DNA of 64,000 bases from Cyanophora paradoxa CCMP329. Its lineage: Eukaryota; Plantae; Glaucophyta. The stretch lies in the NCBI GenBank assembly GCA_004431415.1, contig QPMI01000080.1:4094-68093 (forward strand), read 5' to 3'. The first letter of the stretch is position 1. Each line of letters begins with the position of its first letter. The position numbers and the translations under genes were made by a program. A model generated the notes under the pieces. The model was not told where the DNA came from. It saw nothing but the letters and a program-made list of their open reading frames with translations, and did not search any database. This document shows, piece by piece, positions 56,301 through 64,000 of this stretch.

Positions 56301-59300
56301 CATGGCCCCAACGAGCAGCTTGCAGATGAAGAGCCCGAGGCCCGTCCCCCGCGCCTTGCTCGCGTCGCTGCGCGTTCGAATTCGCAGGCCCCGCTCACTA
56401 TGCATGCCGCGGGGCCGCTGCCGGCCCCGGAGGGCGCGGGCGGGCGGGCGCGGAAACGCACCTCCCCAGCTGCGAGAAGCGGGAGAAGAGGCTTCCGACG
56501 GCGTCGGCGCCCATGCCGGGGCCCCTGCCGCGCCGCGGATCAAAGGCGCTCGCTCGGCGGGGGCATGTTCGCTTATAATATTATGTCGTCCTATCTTGAT
56601 GTCCAATGAAATTCGAGCGAGCTCGAGGGCTCGAGGGGGCGCACGCACGTGTCAACGACGGCCACGTCGAAGTAGGCTACGCGGGGGTCCGGCGCGCAGC
56701 CGGCGCCGGCGGCGGCCGCGGCGACTGCCTCGCCGGGGACCGGGACGACCTGGCCGCCCGAAGAAGCTCATCTCAGCTCAGCTCAGCCGCGGCCGCGGCC
56801 GCGGCCGTTCCCAATGAAACACATTGGGCTGCAAAACATATTTCACTCGAAAGCCGATCATATAGAGAATTCACATCCATGTATTTGTTGGTCTCCCAAG
56901 CGAGAAGAGCTCTTTAAACCCTTCAAAGGTGCGCATGCGCCGGCGGCGCACCTCGAGGCCGACGAGGCGGTCCTCGGGGCGCTTGAGGGGGTCGTAGAAC
57001 TTGGTCGCGTTGTAGGCCAGGTTGATGAGGACCTGCCGCAAAGAATTCACCACTGGCGTCTATTTATACATGCGAGGCTCCGGACCTGCTTGAGGCGTCC
57101 CTTGTCCCCGCGGCAGACCGCCGGGCAGCGGGGGTCGACGAAAGGCACGAGGTGCACCCCGTTGCGGTGCGCCTGCCGGGGCGGGGCGGTGTGAGCCCGG
57201 GCCCGGCAATCGCGGCGGAGGCGGAATTCGAAGGGGGCGAGGCTCAAGGGGGCGGGCCTGGGCGATGAGTGTGCCGACGATATGGATGTCAATATCAGCA
57301 ACAACAACAACAACCAGCACTCTTATCTTATAAGCTCTTATAAATGTCAGCAATTGCAACTTATATCTTATAAATGTCTTATAGCTCTTAAATAAAGGGG
57401 GCGGGGCTCAAGGGGGCGGGGCGGGGCGGGCCTGGGCGATGAGGGTACCGACGGACTCGCCGACGGTGTCGCAGAGGTCGAGCTCCTCGTCCGCCAGCAC
57501 CAGGCTCCCGTTCCCTGCGGAGGGGCGCGCGTCGGGTCTAGAGGGAGGAAGAGGCTTCGGGGGACGTGGGGAGGAGGAAGAAGGCGCATGGCGCATGGCG
57601 CACGGATGGCGGCCATGTCCACAAGCTGGCGCCGCCGCCGGTCGGTCGGTCGGTCGGTCTTCGATCGGGAGCGGGGGGGCGGGCGGCGGGGGGAGGCGCG
57701 CGGGCACCGAATTCAACAGCGCCAGGAGGTGGTCGGCGCTCTGCTGGACGATCTGCGCCATCTCCCGCTGCCGCTCGTCCCCCAGCGACTGCGCGGGGCG
57801 GGCGGGCTCGGGTATAAATTCAAAGGGACGCGGGCCGGCCGGGGGGCCGAGTGCAGGGCACGCCTGCAGAAGGAGCGAAGTCAAGACTTGCTAAGCCACC
57901 TAAGACTAAGCCACCCCCGATACTAAACTCTAAGACTTTACTCTTTAGACTTTAGACTAAGACTAAGACTTTATGCTATGTATGCTATATCTCTCCGCAC
58001 CTCGAGCAGGAGGGACGTCATTCCTGACATGCCCGCGCAAGGCGTCCGCATCTGCAGCGGCCAAGCGCGTGAGCGGAGCGCCGGGCGCGCCCTCCCCACC
58101 ACTCCGACTCGCCTCATGGGCCGTGTCCACCAGCAGCTGGTCCTTCGCTTTGTCCCTGGCGGCCCCGCCTCAGCGTCCGGGCGGGCGCGCCGGCCGGGCT
58201 GGCCGGCGGGCGCACAGCTTGGCCAGGCTCTCGTTCTCGAGCGCGAGCTCCCGCGCCCGCGCCTGCTCCTCGTAGTACCGCGCCCCGCGGAGGCACGCCA
58301 CCGCCTGGGCCCCCAGCAGCTGCGCGCGCCCGGCGGGTCAGGGCGCGCAGGCCGGGCCGGGACCGGGCCGGGGCGGCCGCGCGCGCCTGGGCGAGGGGCG
58401 CCCGGTCGGGCGCGAAGGCGCCGGCCATGGCGCTGCTCTCGAGGTAGAGCAGCCCTTGCACCTCGAGCTGCGCGGGCGGGCGTCGGCGGCGGCGTCGGCG
58501 GCGGCGGCGGCGGGGCCGACGGCGCGGGGGCCCTCCGCGGCGCACCTCGTGAGTCACGGGGACGCAGAGAAGCGAAAGGGGCGGCCGGCGCGGGCGGCGG
58601 GGGCGAGGAATGGGTCCGGGGCGAAGCGGGCGTCCCCGGGGCGTCGCCGAGCACCAGCGGCGCCCCGTCCGCTGCGCGAACCGCAGCGCCGCCAGCGGCA
58701 GCTGCGCCCGCACTCCGCGATGGGGGCCCCGGGGGCGGGCAGCCGGCCCCGAGGCGGCGGCGACGCGCAGGGCCAGCAGGCCCTCGGCGGGCGAGTCGCC
58801 CTCCTCGGCCAGCGCCAGCACGCAGCGCGTCGCGCCCATCACCTGCGCGGGCAGGTCGGGCCCCGGCCCGGCCCGGCAAGCCCCGGCCTCGCCTGAGCCT
58901 CACCTGAGCGACGATGGAGGCGACGCCCTCGCGGGGCGAGGCGGCCCCCCCATAGCGGCCTCTGCTATCCTGCCCATAGCCGCGAACAGGCCGGCCAGGT
59001 CGAGCTCCTGCGCCAGGCGCTGGAACGCCCGCGGGCCCGCTGCCTCCGCCTCGGGCCCGGCGCCCCCGCCGCCGCCGCGCCCTCCGGGGCAACGCCACCT
59101 CCCGCGCCTTGGCCGGGGCCTGCGGGCGCTGCCGGCTCGCCCCGCCCCGCCGCCCCGCGCTCAGCGGCGCGCACCCCGAAGGCCTCGTACGCCTGCGCCG
59201 CGGCTGCGCGGAGGAGGCGAGCGTGCGCGGCCTTGCCAGCCCCGGCCGCCACCTCCGCCCCCGCCTCCGCTATCATACCCTCCAGCAGGCTGCGCCCGGG

Positions 59301-62056
59301 CGGGGCGGTCGGGCGGCCGCCCGCGGGCCGGCGGCGGCAAGCGGCGCACTAGTTTCCGGCGCCGCGGGCCTGGTCGAGCCCCTCTATGAGCAGATCCAGG
59401 GCCCCGTGTCGTCCCCTGCCCCGCGGCCGCGCGTGACCGAGTGAGCGGGCGCGGCGGCGGCGGCGGCGGCGCGCACCGGCGGCGGCGCGCGTCGCCGCCC
59501 GCCCGACGGCGAGCTTGGGGCCGAACTCGATGGGCGAGGCAGAGGCGAGCCTGCCGGCCCGTGAGTCACGACTCGGCAGAGCTCGGCGCCCCGCTTCGTT
59601 CGCACTCGGCGAGGCGGGCCTCGTCGGCGGCGGGCTGCCAGGGCCCGGCGACGCCGCTCGGGTCGGCGCGGCGGGCGCGGCAGCGGAGGCGGACGAGGGC
59701 GGAGAGAAACGGGGCGTCGTAGACGATCCCGAGCACCCGCGGCGCGTGCTCCTGCAGCAGCTGCGGCCGTGGACGGGGGCGGCGGGTCGTGGGTGAGCGC
59801 CGGGGGCGCCCAGCAGAGGCACGGACGGCAGCACCCGCAGGTCGGCCCACGCCGGCTCGGAGTCGACGCGGCCGCTCAGGAGGGCGGCGTTCAACCGGAG
59901 GAAGAGCGCGATCACCTGAGCTGGAGTTGGGGGGAGCCCGGGGGGGGGGGGGGGGGGGGAGGGGGGCTACCATCCCGAGGGAGGAGGCGCGGAGGGCGGG
60001 GTCCGTGAGGGGCCCCCGGAAGGAGGGGCGGCGCAGCACGCGGGCCCAGTCGACGCCGCCCCCGCCTCCGCAGACTTCGCCTCCGCTGGCTTCGCCTTCT
60101 CCGCCGCCGGCGAGGGCGGCGAGGAGGGCCGCGACGTCGGCGCGGAGGGACTGGAACGCGGGCGGGCCGCCCTCCAGCAGCCGCGCCCGCGACTCCACTG
60201 CAGATCAAGGTGAGAAAGAGGCGCCGTGGGGAGGGGGAGGGGAGGGGGACCCGCCGGCGGCGCGGAGGGACGCGAGGGAACGGCCGACGGACCAGTGGAT
60301 CTAGGGGCGGGAACTCAGAAGAGGAGGGGCGGGGCGGGGCGGGGCGGGGCGGGGCGGGGCGGGGCGGGCGCGCCGGAATGCCCATTAGGGACGTAAAGAC
60401 GACGTGCTCGCCGTCGAAGGCGAGGCGGCCGGCTGCGGCGAGAGCAGCTCAAGTCAGGTGATCGGACGAGGGGGCGAGCGAGCGAACGAGCGAACCCTCC
60501 GCCGACTCGTCGCACACCGAAGCGATCTGCGCCGCACACTCGCTTATTCCGGATCCGATACGGGGACGAGCGCGGCGGGGGGCACCTCGCTGAAGCGCGT
60601 GGTACCCGTCGGCAGGACCATGAACGCCGGCGCGAGGCCGATGCCCCGGTGCCTGCCAGTGGGGAGCGGATGACTCGCTCGTCCAGAAAAAAAAGGAAGG
60701 GGGGAGGGGGGTACCGCACCGGGGATCGAGGGCGAGGCGGGCGACGAGGGCGCGGGCGGCGCGCGTCCAGCGGGCGCCCTGGGCGTGATCGCCCAGGAGC
60801 ATGCTGTAATACTGGCCCAGGCTGGCCACCCTGTCCCGCCCGCCCCGCACGCCCACCTTGTTCGCAGAGCGTAGCGCGCGGGGCGGAAGACGGGCGGGCG
60901 GGCGAGCGCACCAGTAGGGGGTCGTGGGGACGACGGCCGGGTGCCGCGCGGCGAGCCCGACGGCGGCGCCGAGGAGGGCGCTCGCCCGGCCGAACTCGCA
61001 GCACATGCAGAGCACGGCTGCGCGCTGTGAGCGAACGAGGACCGGCGCTCAGGTGAGGAGAGGTGAGCACTGGTGGCGCTGAGGCAGGCCCAGTGCGCCT
61101 CCTGCAGCTCGGGGTCCTCCCCCGCCAGACGCTCGGCCAGCCCGTCCGGCCCGCCCGCTGCGCCGGAGCGTCTCATATGACTTGTCGTGAGACGCGCGCG
61201 CGGGCGGGCGCACGGCCGAAGGCAGCGGCGGCCTCGCGGAGGGCGGCGGCGGGGTCGCTAAGGGCGAGCGCCGGCCCCGCGGCCGCCCCGTCGTACTCCA
61301 TCAGCGCCTCCCGCGCGTGCCGCTCTGCACCGCCAGGCAGAGGCGATCTGAGGGGGGCAGAGGCGGCGAGCGAGCGAGCAGGCTTCGCCCCGCACCGATG
61401 CCCGGCACGTCGCGGAGCGCGGCGCTGACGTCGACGCGGGCGCGCAGGAGCTGGATGCGCTGCAGACGGGACGACGCCAGGACCTCCCCCCCCTGTCCGG
61501 CGCCCGGTCAGTCAGACAGACGGACATACGGCCGGCGGCCGGCGGCCGGCGGCCGGCATCGGGTCGAAGGAGGGTACCACGAGCTTCTCCCGCGCGTCGG
61601 GGGCGCGGCCGGCGGCGACGAGGGCGCGGGCGAGCGCGAGCGCCGCCTCAAGAAGCAATGCGTTCTCATCGAGGCACGAGGACCGGCGCCTACGCTTCGG
61701 TACGGGCTCCGCCGCTTCGGGGGGACTGCCCGGCGCCGTCCCCGGCCCTCCTCCGATCAGCACCACCTCGACGCAAGCCAGGAGCCGCGCCGCGCAGCCG
61801 GCGGCGCCCAGGCCACTCATGTGGTGCCCCGCAAGCAACAGAGTCCGCGCGGCCTGCAGCGCCGTCCGATCGACGCGCGCGGCGCCGCCGGGCGGGGAGG
61901 GCGCACGGCGGCGCGATGCGCGGGCGGGGGACGGCGGCCGGCCTCCACGCCGTCTGCGAGTAGGGTGGCGGCAGGCACGAGGAGCGCAGCGCGGTGCCGC
62001 TTGTCCCCGTCCGCGATCCACGCCGCGGCCCGCAGGCCGACCTCGAAGCGCGCGGC

Positions 62057-62096
<40 letters not shown>

Positions 62097-63389
62097 ATCC
62101 CAGCGGCGAGGGCCCCCGCCTGAAGCTTGTCCTGCGCGCGATCTTCAGAAGCACATACTTTGAGAAGGCGAAGCCGATGAGCGGCAGAGGAAGCACGTGG
62201 GAGAAGGCGAAGGACCCGTCGGGGCGGCAGCGGAGGACGCCGGCGGCCACGGCCTCCGCCAGCGCGGCGCCGACCTCCGCCCCGCCGGCGGCGGAGGCCG
62301 CCGCGAGCGCCTCCCGCGCGAAGGACGGGCCGAGCAGGGCCGCCACCTGCACGCAGAGGCATCACTGGCAGCGGCGGCGACGCGGCGCGGCGGGGCCCGG
62401 GCCCGGGCGGGGACGTACCGAGAGGAGGCGGCGGGTGGCGGGGGCCAGCGAGGGCAGGGCCGCCGCCGCCGCGTCGCCGGAGGGCGCGACGGCGGCCACA
62501 GTGGCCTCGTCCCACTCCCAGCGGCCGCAGGCGCCCCTCCGCAGCGCCCCCGCCGCGTGCAGGTCCCGCAGCGCCTGCGGCCGGGCCCGCGTCAGCTTCG
62601 AATTCGAAGTGCGAACGAAGCGGGGGGCGGGCGCGCCTGGGTGATGGTCTGCGGGTTGCCGAACGATGCGCGGTGTAGGGCGGCCGCGAGCGGCTCGAGC
62701 TCGGCGGCCGCGGCCGGCTCCGGGCACGCCAGCGCGTCCGACAGCAGCGCCAGCGTCTCGGCGGCGCCCAGCGGGCCGACCTCGACCTGCGCGTCGCGTC
62801 GGGCGGTCGGCGGGGCGGGCGGCGGGGCCGGCGGCTGCTGCTTCGGCGAAGCGTACGCGCCTCTGTGACGGGGCAGGCGGCGCGGAGGGCTTCCAGGTCG
62901 CGGGCGAAGCAGCGGGCGCCTTGTTCCACTTCTTCTTCTTCTTTGGACCGCGGGCGGTAGCCGACGCAGAGGAGGACGACGGTGTCCTCCCCGTCGCCCT
63001 CCCCCGGCGCCGCGCAGAGCCGCTGCAGCAGCGCCACGCTCGCCTCGTCCGCCCACTGCGCGCGCGCGCGAGGCGGTCGGCGGGGGAAGGGAGGGGTCCG
63101 GCGCGGGCGGGCGCGCCTGGCAGTCCTCAAAGACGAGGACGAGGGGTCTCGCCCGGTCGCCGAAGCAGTGGAAGAGATCGTCTAACCCCCGCGCGCGCCC
63201 ACCCGCTCAGAGAGGCGCGGGGGGAGGAAGGGGCGGGGCGCCGCGCACGGAAGCAGCGGACGAGGAGGGGCGCGGCGACGGAGCCGGCGGCCTCCGCGTC
63301 GGACTCGCCCTCGCTCAAGCGGCGCGGCTCCTGCGCCGCGCCCGCCCGCCCGCCCGCCGCCCGCCGCCTCAGAGCCGCGCGGAGACGGG

Positions 63390-63427
<38 letters not shown>

Positions 63428-64000
63428 CGAGCCGGGGAGGTGCAGGAGAGGCTGGAGCGGCGGCAGGCCGCGGGAGGGTACAGGAGCGGCTCCAGCTCGG
63501 GGACCAGGAGAGAACGGCGCCGGCGGCCCGCGCCGGCCGCTCCCCCCCGAAGAGAGCCCGGCAGCCGCCCCGCGATCTCCGCCAGGTTCGCCCTCCGAGG
63601 CCAGCACCTGCCGCCCGGTTACAGGCGACGGCAAAGCAGAGCTAAGCAGAGCAAAGCAGAGCAAAGCGGAGTACAGCAGAGGGCCTGCTGGGCGGCTAGG
63701 TCCCGAACACAGGCGGCGGCGGCGGCGAACGGCTGCCCCCGAGATTTGATCGAACTTGCGGTGGCCACCCGCGGGGCCCGCGCCCAGCGGCCTGCCGCGC
63801 CCAGTCGGCCCCACGGGGCGGGGCGGGCGGGGCGGGCGGGCGGGCGGGGGTATGCGGGCGCACGGAGGGATGCGGAGAGCGAGGCAGTGACGTGCTGCAG
63901 GAGCGAGGTCTTTGCCCTCGCCGGGCCGCCCTCACCGCCAGCAGCACGCCCCGCCCGCCCGGCGCCAGCAGCGCCCGCTCTCCGGCCGCCACCAGCGCCG
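53342..64000 (-). CDS. Hybrid histidine kinase AAA(STAND)-GAF-HisKA-HATPase-REC-REC' (HstK/Chk1-like architecture), 5' end outside window
   Basis: Indel-blurred P-loop G.PGEGKTSLL near 63.9 kb; KFDQ; VFEDCQWADEASVALL; GNP; FAFSHDKLQ; GAF GLLYLES...AF; H-box TAHEMRTP; RGDKGRLKQVLINLAYNATKF; GTGLGLFICKLLV; REC VFMDCEMP, ALTANA, YLTKP; a degenerate second REC. Stop TAG at 53344-53342. Confidence 0.82.

Noticed and set aside
55276-56817. Long Arg/Pro/Gly-rich ORFs in the track (e.g. 513 aa here, 437 aa at 61817, 389 aa at 49671) as stand-alone genes
   Set aside because: They are antisense or intron read-through products of very high GC DNA; the real genes are spliced.

Overview
GC-rich, intron-dense eukaryotic nuclear DNA, most likely from a glaucophyte alga (Cyanophora-like). 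This is an inference from a PAS-GAF-PHY-PAS-HK phytochrome, a plastid PAB protein with an 'MARAAF...FFG' transit peptide, and many short GT/GC-AG introns. The ORF track is mostly spurious, so I rebuilt the genes by hand-splicing. In order, the window holds: (1-~4.2 kb) a lower-GC, compact, frameshifted virus/transposon-like segment with an HNH endonuclease and three (GGGACTT)n boxes; a GPI-anchored Kelch-like surface protein; a class III adenylyl cyclase; an RBR E3 ligase with SIM-like motifs; a deoxynucleoside kinase; PAB; a membrane-anchored F-box/LRR gene; a long coiled-coil protein; a phytochrome hybrid kinase with REC and HPt; a second F-box/LRR gene among dispersed repeats; tRNA-Gly(TCC) followed by a ~270-bp x3 tandem repeat; and a 5'-truncated AAA-GAF hybrid histidine kinase. 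The most striking observation is a recurrent mutation type. Paralogous repeat copies differ by micro inverted triplications, X -> X-revcomp(X)-X with X = 2-3 nt. These hit the same site independently, build chains of palindromes and appear in frame in a protein tail. There is also a CpA/TpG->TpA bias. In this assembly the phytochrome chromophore-binding GAF segment is missing and a 169-bp duplication sits in its place. Homopolymer indel errors are likely, so frameshifts need read-level checking.
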